Assembly: GCF_009914755.1 (NCBI RefSeq)
Contig: NC_060938.1
Direction: 5' to 3' (one strand)
Length of the DNA stretch: 64,000 nucleotides
DNA from: the human T2T-CHM13v2.0 reference genome, Homo sapiens
Shown here: one piece after another, positions 26,469 through 54,081 of the stretch
Layout of the letters: each line of letters begins with the position of its first letter
How positions within the stretch are numbered: position 1 is the stretch's first letter
Position numbers and translations under genes: made by a program
The notes under the pieces: model-generated
Databases searched by the model: none
Told to the model about the DNA's origin: nothing
What the model saw: only the letters and a program-made list of their open reading frames with translations

Positions 26469-27399
26469 CGCTCACCCACTGGGGATCTTTGATAAATGTA
26501 AAGCTCCTATGAACTTCCAATGAATCTGGGGTTGGAGGAAGCCAAGGGTTGCAGCAGGGCTCTTTGTCCGGAGATTTGAGCTCGAAGCAACGTCTAATCT
26601 GGGCTGCTATTCTTTGGTATATTTGGGTAGGAGATGGCTTTGTTCCATATGTTAATTTGAGCTGAAATCCATTGATCCCCAGCGTATTCACTCAATCTGA
26701 GAGTGAGTGAACAGATCCAAGATGAAGAGCCAATATCAAGAAGCTGTGCAGGCCTCTTAGAAGGCCTGATGAGAGTTTGAGACTGGGCCTTGGTTGAGGG
26801 TCCAAGTTTGGTATACCTAAACTTGCTCAACTGCATAACCGACAACATTAGACAGAACCTAGCCTTTTGTGAAAATGCAGTCAGTACTTGCTAGCTTCAT
26901 CACATGAGGATGATTCAGGGCCACCCACCAGGATGGTGTCTGCTGAGGAGTTTTATCATTAGCGGGGATGGATTGGGCCCAGCACATCCATCTTTGCTGT
27001 CTTCGGGATTAGGTTGCTGCTGGTAGTCAAGCAGCTGAGGTTAGGTGCATGAGATGTGACCCAGCCTGGACCAAGGTCAACCCCCCAAGGCTGGCTTTGG
27101 TAGCAATCTGCACAATGAGAGTACTAGGCTCAATGCACCCAAGGATCCTTCCAGAAATCACGCCACACAGTTTGAGATTCTGTTTTCTGAAACCACCATG
27201 CCACATGGACTGTAAATTATGGAGTAGCCTGAGTTGTCAAAGCCTTAATCCCTATTCTCCTTCACCTCTTCCTCAAATACCATTTACAATAATCCTGCAA
27301 TTTGAGTTTCTGTTTTAGAGAAAGAACCATAAACTACTCAACCAGTTCTAATTGGGTGCTCCCTGCTGAGGAAATTACATTTTCCTTTTCCATCTGCAG

Positions 27400-27522
27400 A
27401 ACTGTTGGGAATCAAAGAGCTTTCCAAACCTGCCTACGGGGATGCCATGGTGTGTCCCCCAGGGGAGGTTCCAGTGTTCTGGCCTTCTCCGCTGACCAGT
27501 CTCGGAGCTGTCAGCAGCTGTG
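27400..27522 (+). CDS. DGLUCY: DGLUCY coding exon 5 ([15 protein letters not shown]...[20 protein letters not shown])
   Basis: ctgcAG acceptor, GTG|GTACGT donor, 123 nt, phase 1 to 1. The coding frame is not in the ORF track; translated by hand. Confidence 0.92.
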
Positions 27523-27668
27523 GTACGTTGGGGGATAATGGGACAATCGATCTGCCCTAGGATGGAGCCCAGTGGGGTCTAGTTCTTGAAAGCATATTCT
27601 CGTAGTACAATGATTTAAAAATAAAGCCATGAAACAAAACACAAAACAGAGGCCTACAGCTACAGTGA

Positions 27669-32095
<4,427 letters not shown>

Positions 32096-32652
32096 TCACA
32101 ATGCTAAAACCAGTTCTTAATAACTATGCTAGAGTGTTTCACATTGCCTGAAATCTAACAAAGGAGAGTCTTTAAAGAATAAAATTAACATAAATCAAAG
32201 CAAAATGTAAGTGCCATAAGGAAAAATAGAAACGATGCCATAAGGAAAAATAGAAATGATGCTCACAGAGGGTTCCAAACCTAACATTTGCTGGAAAGCA
32301 AAGCAAGATGGCTTCATGAGTTTTAAGAATCCAGTAAACACTTCCTGATATCCATGGGTTAAATTGATGGAATCGCCTAGAGCTCTAGCTATAGCTGTGG
32401 CTGTATCTCACTTCTTTTCAACCCATATTCAACTCATCTTTACTTTCCTAGAGATTAGAGGCAACTGTTTAAATGGAACTTGATGTAGCTATAAACCAGC
32501 TTATTCTGACCTTGGTGCCAGCAGGTGGTATAGGGAGTGCTTAGGCTGAGTTGATGGCCAGGTGCCATCTTGCCTATCAACAGTGGGCTAGATGAGGGTA
32601 GGCTGGACTTGATGAAGTGGCTGGGCTCAGACCCTCCTGCTGTGTGTTTTAG

Positions 32653-32856
32653 AGACCCCACTGGCTTTTGCCAGCATCCCAGGCTGCACAGTTATGACTG
32701 ACCTGAAGGATGCAAAGGCTCCACCTGGTTGTCTCACCCCAGAGAGAATTCCAGAGGTCCATCACATTTCCCAAGATCCTCTGCACTACAGCATCGCGTC
32801 AGTCTCTGCTTCTCAGAAGATCAGAGAACTAGAGTCTATGATCGGCATAGACCCAG
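32653..32856 (+). CDS. DGLUCY: DGLUCY coding exon 6 ([17 protein letters not shown]...MIGIDP)
   Basis: ttttAG acceptor, CAG|GTAAGA donor, 204 nt, phase 1 to 1. Confidence 0.93.
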
Positions 32857-32911
32857 GTAAGAAACAACACATTTGCTCGGCATAGACCCAGGTAAGAAAC
32901 AACACATTTGC
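32842..32911 (+). repeat. Perfect 2 x 35-bp tandem duplication spanning the exon-6 donor
   Basis: tcggcatagacccaggtaagaaacaacacatttgc at 32842 and 32877. Confidence 0.97.
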
Positions 32912-33084
32912 ACCTGGAGAAAATCACCTTTTCAGTGAAAAAGGTGGGATGCAAAATGTATCCACAGGATGATTTTTTAAATGTTGATACTGCATATAAA
33001 TCTCAAAAAGACTAGAATTAAATACACCAAAATACTGACATTGATGGTCTCTAGGTATTGGTATTGTGAGTGATTTTTGCTTAC

Positions 33085-38764
<5,680 letters not shown>

Positions 38765-39976
38765 AACCCCGTGTCTTTCATATTCTCCAGGCACCTCAAC
38801 TATAAGCCAGCGTCCTCTCACGTCCCTTCAGTCCACTGCTGATTTCAGCCACCGCCAGAGTAGAAGTTCTGTGTCCCACACACTGCCTTCGCGTGCACTG
38901 TTTTGCTCTGAGATGACCTGAATGTAGACAAAGGCACAATGGGACCTCATGAGGGCGGCTGCCTGGCTTGGTGGCCACTGGTGGGCACCTGTAGCACACA
39001 CCGCAGCTTCCCCACTCGTATCCTCTGGGCTGCCTGGGTTCACCTGCATAGAATTATGGGCGGCTCCCAGCACGACAGCCTCTTACCATAGGCTCAGGTC
39101 TCTGCTCCATCTGAGGATGCCCTCTGTCCCTCCAGAGTCTCCCTCATCACAGCAGGCACAGCTTGGTAGTGCAGAGGACTCAACGCCCTAATAGGCAGGT
39201 GAGTAAATGCCCAGTCTCCTGTCCTCCGAGGACCCCACAGTTTCTTAGAGAATCTCAAGCTGTGCTGAGCCCCAGTTGCCTTTGAAGTTAACTTGCTCAC
39301 TCACAATCCTTTACTGTTTTTTTTTCCGCTTTCCCCATCTTCTCACTTGCATTTCCTGGGATCACCTCCCACTGAAATACTTGTGCCCAGGTCCTTGTGT
39401 CAGGGTCTTCTTTGAGGGAATCCCCAGCTAATGGTGCTGTCTGTACCATTTCCCTTCCCTCTTATGTTTTCCCTGTATTAGTTAGGGTTTGCTAGAGTGC
39501 TGTAACCTAGAAGCCCCGGGATGCTTTGCTCAAATACAGCAGAAGTGTGTTCCTCTCTCACACAGCAGGCCAGGGTGGGTCTTCCAGGGTGAGTGTCCTG
39601 GGTCAGCAGAAGGGGATCTGCTCCACTCAGTCACTCAGGGACCCTGCAGGTCTGCCGTTACATCCTGTGACCCCCAGGAGGTTCTGGCTGTCAATACTCC
39701 AGCTGCCAGGAAAAGGGAACGAGCTTGGAGGTGTGTGTTGGAGGTGCATGCCAGGCCCAGAGGTGGCATGCGTCACTTCCATCACGATCCAATACAGAGA
39801 ACCCAATCTCGCGGCCACACCAGACTGAAGGGAGGCTCCTCAGCCATTTACCCCTCTGTCCTTCACTGCTGGGGTCAGGGGGCGGGGGTAGAATACACTG
39901 TGGCAAGCAATTTGCAGTCTCTGCCACAGCCCTCAAAAAAACAAAGCAAATGAACTAAAAACCCAAACTACTCTTA

Positions 39977-40330
<354 letters not shown>

Positions 40331-40376
40331 ATTTTAAAAATATAGTTACTTTTACATTCTATTTTTGTCATTTCAG

Positions 40377-40637
40377 GGAACCGGGGGATTGGGCACCTGC
40401 TCTGTAAAGATGAGCTGCTGAAGGCCTCTCTCTCGCTGTCCCATGCCCGCTCAGTGCTCATCACCACTGGGTTCCCCACACATTTCAATCATGAGCCTCC
40501 AGAAGAGACAGATGGCCCACCAGGAGCTGTTGCTCTGGTTGCCTTCCTGCAGGCCTTGGAGAAGGAGGTCGCCATAATCGTTGACCAGAGAGCCTGGAAC
40601 TTGCACCAGAAGATTGTTGAAGATGCTGTTGAGCAAG
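40377..40637 (+). CDS. DGLUCY: DGLUCY coding exon 7 (GNRGIGHLL...VLITTGFP...EETDGPPGA...DAVEQ)
   Basis: tttcAG acceptor, AAG|GTAAGC donor, 261 nt, phase 1 to 1; TGF...ETDGPPG motif of the DUF4392-type C-terminal domain. Confidence 0.94.
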
Positions 40638-41293
40638 GTAAGCAGTGAGATGGGCTTGGTCCATTTCCCCAAACGGGCTTTGTGGACGGAGGCTGGAGGG
40701 AATCAGCATCTGCAGTACAGAGCATTCTCCTTCCAGCTCAGAACAACTCCGTTGTAAGCTGCATAGCTTGATTTCATAGACGAAGAGACTGAGGCTCTGA
40801 GAGATCCAGGGGATTTTCCCAGGTGGAAATGGTGAGCTGGAATTTGAACTTGGGTCCACCAGGCTCCAAAGCATGGGATCCTTCCTGCACACCTGCTGCT
40901 GTCCCTTTGCAGTGTGGGGAATGACCTGCCGAGTATTCTTAGCAATCCGGGGCAGCCCTGGACCACCAGAGCTGGGGAGAGTAGTGGAGTATGAAGTGGC
41001 TGAAAGGCTCAGACAGCAGTCCCACCTGGTCGTGATGGGCAGGGCTGCACCTGGAGCACCCAGGTGGGCGTTATTGCTGTAGGTGTTGGAGACGCGAGGC
41101 TGTAATTCCACTATCCGTGTAGCCAGATCAGCGTCGGGCTCAATGTGAACAACCGCTGCTCACCTCACCTCCATCCTGCAGGAAGTGTTATCAGGCATGA
41201 GCTGGAAGCCTGGTGAATCTCACCTGCCTCCCGCTACCGATCGCTCTGTGTCCCTCAAAATGCATTCTTCAGAGGTATGTTTTTTCCTTTTAG

Positions 41294-41753
<460 letters not shown>

Positions 41754-42615
41754 TCTGTTAGGTTCTTGAGATCCACCCGTGAGCAAAACTGACAACAGTC
41801 CTGCCCCCACGGAGAGTATCTTCCAGTGGAGTGTGACAGACAAGAAACAACTTGTAAGATGAATGCACAGTGTGTTCGAGTGATGATGCCATGGGGAAAA
41901 TGGACCAGGATGAGGAGACTGGAGAGTGAGGGGCTGGGCGGTGGCAGCAGTGGGGGGCAGCTGTCACTTTACACAGAATGGCCAGGAAGACCTCCTGGAG
42001 GAGGTGGCCTTTGAGTCCAGAATTCAGGTTGATGATGAGGGCGTGAGGCTTGGGCTGGCTGAGGGAAGGGCATCCTGGACTGTGGCAGTGGCTGGGGCAG
42101 AGGTCATTAGGTGGAGTGGGGGCCCAGTGGGTTTAAGAGAGGATGGCATGCTGGCTGACTGGCCTGGAGTGAATGAGGAAAAGAGAAGTGGGACGAGGGA
42201 CAGAGAGGTAACAGGGACCAGATGGGACAGGGCCTCGCAGGACCCTGTGGGCAGCTGGGCTTTTGTTCTGGGTGAGATGGGGAGCCTGGGATTTCTCTGA
42301 GTCAGGGACAGCCATGTTCTGTGTGGGTTGTAAGCAATCACTGGGGTGCAGAGACAAGGGTGGAAACGGGAGACTGGTGAGTTATGGAAGGTGGGAGAGG
42401 AGGACGGTTTGGAGTGGGGGTGCCTCATGGCACATCCCTTCAGCCGCACTTCTGATTTCAGCTGCCACTGCGGTGGATGTTCTGAGTCACACTGACCCGA
42501 TGGGACCCCGCCACAAGCTAGGGCCCTGCAGGGCCTCTCCAAAGCCATGTGGAATCACTGGCTGATGGCTTCAGGGCACCCTCAACCCCTGGGGGACAGG
42601 ACCTGAGGTGTAAGT

Positions 42616-42927
42616 GACACATGCTACAACTTGGATGACCCTCGAGGACATCTTGAGAAGTAGATTAAGCCAGTCATATTGTATGACTCCACGCATATGA
42701 CGTGCCTAGAGTAGGCAAACTCACAGGGCAGAAAGTAGAATGGTGGTTGCCAGTGGCTGGGAGGAGAGGGGAATGGGGAGAGTTGTTTATAGGTACAGGG
42801 GTTCAGTTTGGGATGATGAGAAAGTTCTGGAGATGAATGGGGGTGATGGTTGCACAACAATGTGAAATATTTTATGCTACTGAACGATACACTTGAAAAT
42901 GGCTAAAACAGGCCGGGCACAGTGACT
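42616..42927 (+). repeat. Dispersed direct duplicate of 43662-43971 (L1 3' sequence + first 17 nt of an Alu)
   Basis: Hand alignment: ~10 substitutions and one 2-bp indel over ~310 bp. Confidence 0.95.
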
Positions 42928-43374
42928 GTCTTTTGGACAGTTCCCTGTCTTTTGGAGACACATAGGTCCTGGTGGAACTGACGCCCCACTCCCTAGAGCA
43001 GCAACCTTGAAGGTGCACGTTCCCTCCTTCCCAGCCTCATTCTCCCTGTTCCCTCCCACATGCTTCGTGGCACCATCTCCCAAGAGACCATCTGCACCCA
43101 AGTCTCAAGTTCTGGTTTCAAAGAAACCCAAAGAGACAAAAAGTACAGATACAGAGGGCAGGGGGTATTGTGAGAAGTAGCCAGATGTTGTATCTATTTT
43201 GCAGGTACAGTCAACATGATTTCCAGATGGATTGGGTGTGGGTGTGAGGAGAAGGATCAGGGCTTGCTCTAAGGTTTTTGTCCTGGTAACTGAAAGGATG
43301 GAGTTGCTGTGAACTGAGATGGGGAAGACTGGCAGGTTTAGGGGTAAATCAAGAGTCCAGGTTTGACATTTGCG

Positions 43375-44340
43375 CCCTGATGGAAGGATTGTAAAATGGT
43401 GCAGATGCTATGAAAAACAGATGGCAGTGGCTCAAACAATTAAAAACAGCAAATACCATATGGTCTAGCAATTCCACTTCCAGGCATATACCCCAGAAAA
43501 AGGAAAGCAGGGACTCAAGAGGTATTTGTTCCCTAATGCTCATAGCACTTTATTTGCGACAGTCATGAGGTGGAACCAAACCAAGTGCCCATCAATGGAT
43601 GAACAGATAGATAAAATGTGGTATATAATTATTACTCAGCCTTAAAAAGGCAGGAAGTTCCGACACATGCTACAACATGGATGACCCTCGAGGACATCTT
43701 GAGAAGTGGATTAAGCCAATCGTATTGTATGACTCCACGCATATGACATGCCTAGAGTAGGCAAACTCATAGGGCAGAAAGTAGAGTGGTGGTTGCCAGT
43801 GGCTGGGAGGAGAGGGGAATGGGGAGTTGTTTATAGGTACAGGGGTTCAGTTTGGGGTGATGAGAAAGTTCTGGAGATGAATGGGGGTGATGGTTGCACA
43901 ACAATGTGAAATACTTTATGCTACTGAACTATACACTTGAAAATGGCTAAAACAGGCCGGGCACAGTGACTCACGCCTGTAATCCCAGCGCTTTGGGAGA
44001 CCGAGACAGGCAGATCGCTTGAGGTCAGGAGTTCAAGACCAGCCTGTCCAAAACCCCGTTTCCACCAGGACCTGTGTGTCTCATAACAAAACCCCATTTC
44101 TACTAAAAATACAAAAATTAGCCAGGCGTGGTGGCTGGTGCACACCTGTAATCCCAGCTACCTGGAAGGCTGAGACACAAGAATCGCTTGAACCCTGACA
44201 GTGGAGGTTGCAGTTAGCCAAGATCGCACCAATGCACTCCAGCCTGGGTGACAGAGTAAAACTGTGTCTCAAAATAAATAAATAAAAAGGCTAAAATGGT
44301 GAATTTTGTGTTGCACGTATTTTACCATAATTTTTAAAAG
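43375..44340 (+). mobile_element. L1MB-like 3' end with an inserted Alu (~43955-44288)
   Basis: 'aaatggtgcag.tgctatgaaaaacag...aagttctggagatgaatgg' L1M 3' end; ggctaaaa is repeated around the Alu. Confidence 0.78.
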
Positions 44341-45021
44341 AATGCAGGTTTGACCCTGTTAGGTATGAGGTGCGTCTATTAGACACACAGTGGAGAAGTC
44401 AAGGAGGCAGTTAGTGATATATAAAGAGTTCAGGAGAGCAGCGTGGGCAAGGAGAAATTGGGAGGCTGTTGGCGTGTTGGTGGGCTCTCAAGTCAAACTA
44501 CTGGGTGAGAGCACTGTGGAAATAAATGGAGGCAGAGCAAAGGACCCAGGATTGCGTCCTGGGTCTCCCTGTGTTAAGAGGATGAGGAGAAGGGCAGAAC
44601 AGCCAGCGAGGGAGATGAGAAGGAGCAGCGCTGAGGCCAGAGGAAAGGCAAGGGGCCGTGTTTCCGTAGGGCAGAGAAAGGCCTCGGGAGGAAGGGCTGC
44701 CGACGGCGTAGAGCACCATTCACAGGCCAACCTCATTTCCATCTGACAACGGTGTTGCTGGGTATTTTCAGCTGCCCCCTTCCCAGAAGTCACTCTGCCC
44801 TCTCTGCTCACCTGACAGCCTGGCTTGGAGACGCCTGCCAGACTCCACTCAGAGCTGGGTCTTGTCTCTTGTCCTCATGGGAGCTCAGAGGGTAGAATTT
44901 GCTATATTGGATTTTACAGAACTTACATTACATTTGCATGAAGAAAGTAAAAGCAATTTGGCCTTTTAATGAAAATTATTTCAGCTCCGTTTTTAATAAC
45001 CAAAGCCTAGGAAAAGTTTTA

Positions 45022-45334
<313 letters not shown>

Positions 45335-45859
45335 TTAAAGCTGACTAGGCATTGTCATTTCTTTCCTGTCTTGAGCATAGACAGACCATAGCTCTTTCTT
45401 CATAGCTCAGAAGTGGGAACCTCATCTTGCCCAGACCCTCCTTTTTGGGGATTCTCCTGTGTCCTTTCTCGTGTGTTCCCCACTTTGGGATACATTATGT
45501 TCCCTGCCTTCCTGGACTCCCTGGTATTTTTTACTAGTATCCTATATCCTTGATCCAATTTTGAGGCAGTAAGAAAGAAACATCCTTTACTTAGCACTGA
45601 CCGTGTGCACGACGGCCAGCCAGGTAGTTAGCACACAGCATGTCATTGCCCTGTCGCGGTAGTCCTGGGAGGTGGGTGTTACCCCATTTTGTAGAGGAGG
45701 TAACCAATGGCTGACATAGCTTGCCCAAGGTCACATAGCAAGGGAATGATGTGACGTTCCCACCGAGGGCTGTTTGGCTCTAAGTTCAGCCCCCTTTCCA
45801 GATTGGCAGGCTGCCCCTCACAGCACAGGGAAGGGCTGGGTCATTCCCCTTTGTTGTGA

Positions 45860-46135
<276 letters not shown>

Positions 46136-47083
46136 TAGCTGGGATTACAGGCGCCCGCCACCACGCCCAGCTAATTTTTCTATTTTTAGTAGAGACAGGG
46201 TTTCACCACATTGGCCAGGATGATCTCAATCTCCTGACCTCGTGATCTGCCCGCCTCAGACTCCCAGAGTGCTGAGATTACAGGTGTGAGCTACGTGCCC
46301 GGCCAGTGAGGGATTCTTTAAGATTTCTGACAATGATTCTTGTTCCTCATGCCAACTTGCCCCATTGACCCACTGGGGTGGCAGTGGCAGCTCCCAAAGA
46401 GCTCAGGGGCAGCAGCATGGCGGAGTAGCTGAGGGTGGGAGCCGCTGTCTGGAAGCTGCATTTGCAGTACAAGCATGCAGTTTTAACATGGGTACGGTGC
46501 CTCCTTGGGCTGGCTCTACGTGAGGGGTGTGAGGGGCTGATGATGGAGATTGAGGAGCTGGCTGAAGCTCCTCCAAGGCTACCTTGGCAGCCATCCTGGG
46601 CTACAGAGCAGTCTGGGAGCTCCTGCAGGACCAGCTAGACCATAACAGTGGGTCCAAGACACCCTGCTCCTGGCTCCCTGCCGTCTTAAGCTCTGTGTGA
46701 AGACTTTATCTTTGGCCAGTGACTATGCTGGGATTCTATCCCAACCTGCTGTGAGATAGATCGGTTAATGAAAACCAAGTTCATTTTATCTTATTTTGGG
46801 ATTTTTGTGTATTTCCCACATATTCTACAACAATACGTGTTCTTTTTGTCATTAGAAAAGGTCCTATTTTTAAGAATCAAATTCACTTTGATTCACTTTT
46901 GGAAATCACTCCAATATAAGTAAGTATCCCAAGGCACAGACTCTGGGAATTTCCTTCAGTTGTTCTTGACCTTCCCTGAAGGTATGCAGGGAGGTAGGGA
47001 GTGGGTGAGAATTTGGGGTGAGAATTGGAGCCATGAAACTGACATATATACATGGCCTTGCCCAAGTTGTTTGGCATCTCTGA

Positions 47084-47342
<259 letters not shown>

Positions 47343-47841
47343 TAGCCGGGATGGTCTCAATCTCCTGACCTCGTGATCCGCCCACCTTGGCCTCCCAAAG
47401 TGCTGGAATTACAGGCATGAGGCACCCGTGCCCAGCCCATGATGGTTTTTATCACATGGAATTGTTGTAAAAATTAAATCAGAGTGGCTGGCGCACTGTC
47501 ACCGAGGGCACATAAATGTATGCTCAGCCCTCGTGATGGCAGTGGGCCAGAACAGGCCGCTGTTCCCATGGTATTATGGGCATCTTACATGCAGCATATT
47601 TGTTAGGCTGTGTTAGCCCGATTCTGCCCTCCACCCCCGTCAACCCTAGAGTTTACCCAGGACCAAAAGTAAACTTAAATATCCTCTGTGTCATGGCCTC
47701 GGCTTACCTAACATGTTCTACAGATAGATGTTGTTCAACAACAGTAATGATACCCTTCAAAGAAGCTTTTGAAAAGCCAACGTGAATTTCCAAAAGCCAA
47801 CACTAGAGCTGATGTGTGCCCTGCTTGCCTTTATTTTCAAG

Positions 47842-47941
47842 GTGTTCTGAAGACGCAGATCCCGATATTAACTTACCAAGGTGGATCAGTGGAAGCTGCT
47901 CAGGCATTCCTGTGCAAAAATGGGGACCCGCAGACACCTAG
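47842..47941 (+). CDS. DGLUCY: DGLUCY coding exon 8 ([16 protein letters not shown]...DPQTPR)
   Basis: ttttcaAG acceptor (the rarer AAG type), TAG|GTACGT donor, 100 nt, phase 1 to 2. Confidence 0.92.
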
Positions 47942-48377
47942 GTACGTATGTCGCATCCCAGTTTAAGTGGCGGATGGTGGAAACGCCCATATGCTCTTCA
48001 CTTAGCCAACAAAGTGTCTGCACACCCAAGCCCTTCAGAGGGAGCGAAGCCATGAGCCAAGGAAGATGGGTTCTCATGGACCAGACTAACAAATGAGGCT
48101 GGGGGGTTTCAAGGTATCCTGGGGGCCTCACAGAACATCTCTGGAAGTAACAGGTCCCTGGGCAGCAGAGAGAGACAGCATATCTTCCTGATAGAGGGGA
48201 GACATAGCACTAAAAAAAAAAAAAAAAAAAAAGTTTCTCAGTCTCAAACTGTGGGTCATGACATGTTAGAGAATAGTGAAATCATTTCAGTTAGGGTATC
48301 CAGCACCTTTGGAAAATGAAATAGAAATACAGCATCATTGTATATCTTGTATAGTAATGGCAAGTACTCCCTCATAA

Positions 48378-48872
<495 letters not shown>

Positions 48873-48879
48873 TGAACTG

Positions 48880-49445
48880 TTTTTTAAGCTTACACTTCAG
48901 TGGCGTAAAACTACACTCACATTGCTGTACAGCCATCATCACCATCCATCTGCAGACCTCTTTTCATCTTGCAAAACTGAAAGTCTGTGCTCCATTCAAA
49001 GATAATTCTCCATCTCCTCCTCAACCCAGCCTCTGGCAACCACAATTCTACTTTCTGTCTTTATGAGTTTGACTATTCGAGGCACCTTGTGTAAGTGGAA
49101 TCATCCAATATTTGTCCTTTTGTGACTGCTTATTTCACTTAGCATAATGTCCTCAATGTTCATTCATGTCACAGCATGTGCCAGAATGTCCTGCCTTTTT
49201 AAGGCTGAATAACATTCCCTTGTGTGTATAGACCACATTATGTTTTTGCATTCATCTGTCAGTGGGCACTGGGTTTGCTTCCTGCTCTTGGCTATGCTGA
49301 ATACTGCTGCTATGAGCATGGGTGGACAAATAACTCCTTGAGTCTTTCACTTCTCCTGGACATACACATAGAAGTGAAATTGCTGGATCATATGGTATGT
49401 TCTATTTTTAATTTTTTGAGGAATGGCCATACTATTTTATATAGC
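48880..49445 (-). mobile_element. L1MB-like 3' fragment
   Basis: 'cacattgctgtacagccatcatcacc...tttttaaggctgaataacattcc...ttgctggatcatatggta'. Confidence 0.75.
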
Positions 49446-49769
49446 AGAGTTGAGATTTTTGAAAAACACTGTCTTGGAAGGATTGAGAGAGATGTAAAAG
49501 TACAATATGCATATTCTTTTTTTTGAGACAGAATCTTGCTCTGTCGCCCAGTCTATAGTGCAGTGGCACAATCTTGGCTCACTGCAGCCTCTGCCTCCTG
49601 GGTTCAAGTGATTCTCGTGCCTCAGCCTCCCAAGAAGCTGGGATTACAGGCACCCGCCACCATACCTGGCTAATTTTTTATATTTTTAGTAGAGACTGGG
49701 TTTCACCATGTTGACCAGGCTGGTCTCGAACTCCTGGCCTCAGGTGATCCACCTGCCTCAGCCTCCTGA

Positions 49770-50120
<351 letters not shown>

Positions 50121-50682
50121 TAAATTGGATTGTCAAAACAGTAGTCCTGCTAGTAATCATAGCAACAATAATCACTGTAACCAACACTGACTGAGCACTG
50201 AGTAGGTTCAGGGCTTCATGACAAGCGCCTCCTGTGCATTTTCTCATGTTTCCCTTTGAACACTGTGTGAGGTACACAGTGTGGTCATGTCACCCTACAG
50301 ATGCAGAAAATGAAGGTTAGGGAGGTTAAGCAATTTGCCCAAGGCCCGTGGCAGGAGGACCTGGAATCAGAACCCAGATGATCTGCTGCCACAGCCCACA
50401 TTCTGACCACTATACCATCTGTGCCCCTTATTTCTCTGTTTCTATCTAAAGAAGTTTATCTTTGTGTTAGACTCACTCCTTTTGTATTTTGAGCCCTTTT
50501 CCTTCTGTTTTGTGTCTGTAAACTGAACAAGATCCTGGAAGGGGCCAGCAGCAGGCCAATAGCAGCCAATACTCTCAGCCTCTTGGCCTGGCTATCCCTG
50601 CTGGACAAAGGGGATCTGAGTGGGCACCAGCAATGTTCCCATCCCCATAGCAACCCTGACCATTGGCCTCCTGCTTTTATAG

Positions 50683-50895
<213 letters not shown>

Positions 50896-51196
50896 TAGTA
50901 GAGATGAGGTTTCACCATGTTGGCCGGGCTGTTCTCGAACTTCAAGTGATCCACCTGCTTCGGCCTCCCAAACTGCTGGGATTATAGGCATGAACCACCA
51001 TGCCCAGCCCCAATGCTATATCTTAAACTGACTTAATAGACTAGTCTCCAGCACAGGTCCTGGCCCAGAGTAGATGTGCCACCAAGTTCTGCAGGAATGA
51101 AGGAATCAAAGAAAAAAAGAAGCGTCTTTCACGCAAACACAAGAAGGCATGACCCAGCAAAGCAGCCACCTCTCCATAGGACCCTCTGACCTCTGA

Positions 51197-51733
<537 letters not shown>

Positions 51734-52022
51734 TGAACACACGACCAGAAAGAGTTATGTGGGGACCATCATTTTCCACTGCAAAGACGGTCTTTGTTCA
51801 TTACGGTTGGTATAGACACTAATGACACCACCATTTAGAAATCCAACATCCTCACAAGCAAGGGAGGGAAAGCATATTCTATTTGCCTGACTCTAAAGTA
51901 ATAAAACTAATATTAAAGTAATATCAATAGTAAAATTGAGGCATGGCATATTATTTTGGTCATATAGGACAGAATGTACCATATATTATTTTGTGAAGCA
52001 TGTTAATTTAAAAATTATCTAA

Positions 52023-53201
<1,179 letters not shown>

Positions 53202-53212
53202 TTCAGTCGTTA

Positions 53213-53565
<353 letters not shown>

Positions 53566-54025
53566 TGATAATTTGTGTTTGCACAAAACTTTGTACTTTT
53601 CCAAGAGGCTTCACATTCATTGTAGTGTTTAAGCTTCTGTGAAAACCCTGTGAGGCAGGTAAGGTGAGTCCCAGGAGGTTTTCCCAGATGGCGCAGCTAA
53701 TTAGTGTTGCTGGTAGCATTAGGAGTAGACTGCAGACTCCTGGGGCCCCAGCCCTTTATCAGGGAATCATGCCTTTATGAATTGCGGAAAGGCTTAGTGT
53801 AAGCCCCAAGGAGAACCTTTCTTCCCTCTGGGTGGGTCTCAGGCCCTGGGGTAATGAAGACTTGTTTGTCATTGCATGTTTCCAAGTGTTTCCCAGACTC
53901 ATTAGTCTCCTTTGGCTTTTGAGGTTTTGATGAGACAGTGAGAGCCTTCTGCGCTGATTAGAACGTTTCTGCAAATCGCCCTGGCTTTTCCCAGAAGAGG
54001 CTGTGGGTGTGGTGCACACAGTGCG

Positions 54026-54081
54026 GTTGGCTTCCAGCTTCCTGTTGGCTTCCAGCTTCCTGTTGGCTTCCAGCTTCCTGT
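54026..54081. repeat. 3 x 18-bp perfect tandem repeat gttggcttccagcttcct
   Basis: Units at 54026, 54044 and 54062. Confidence 0.95.
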
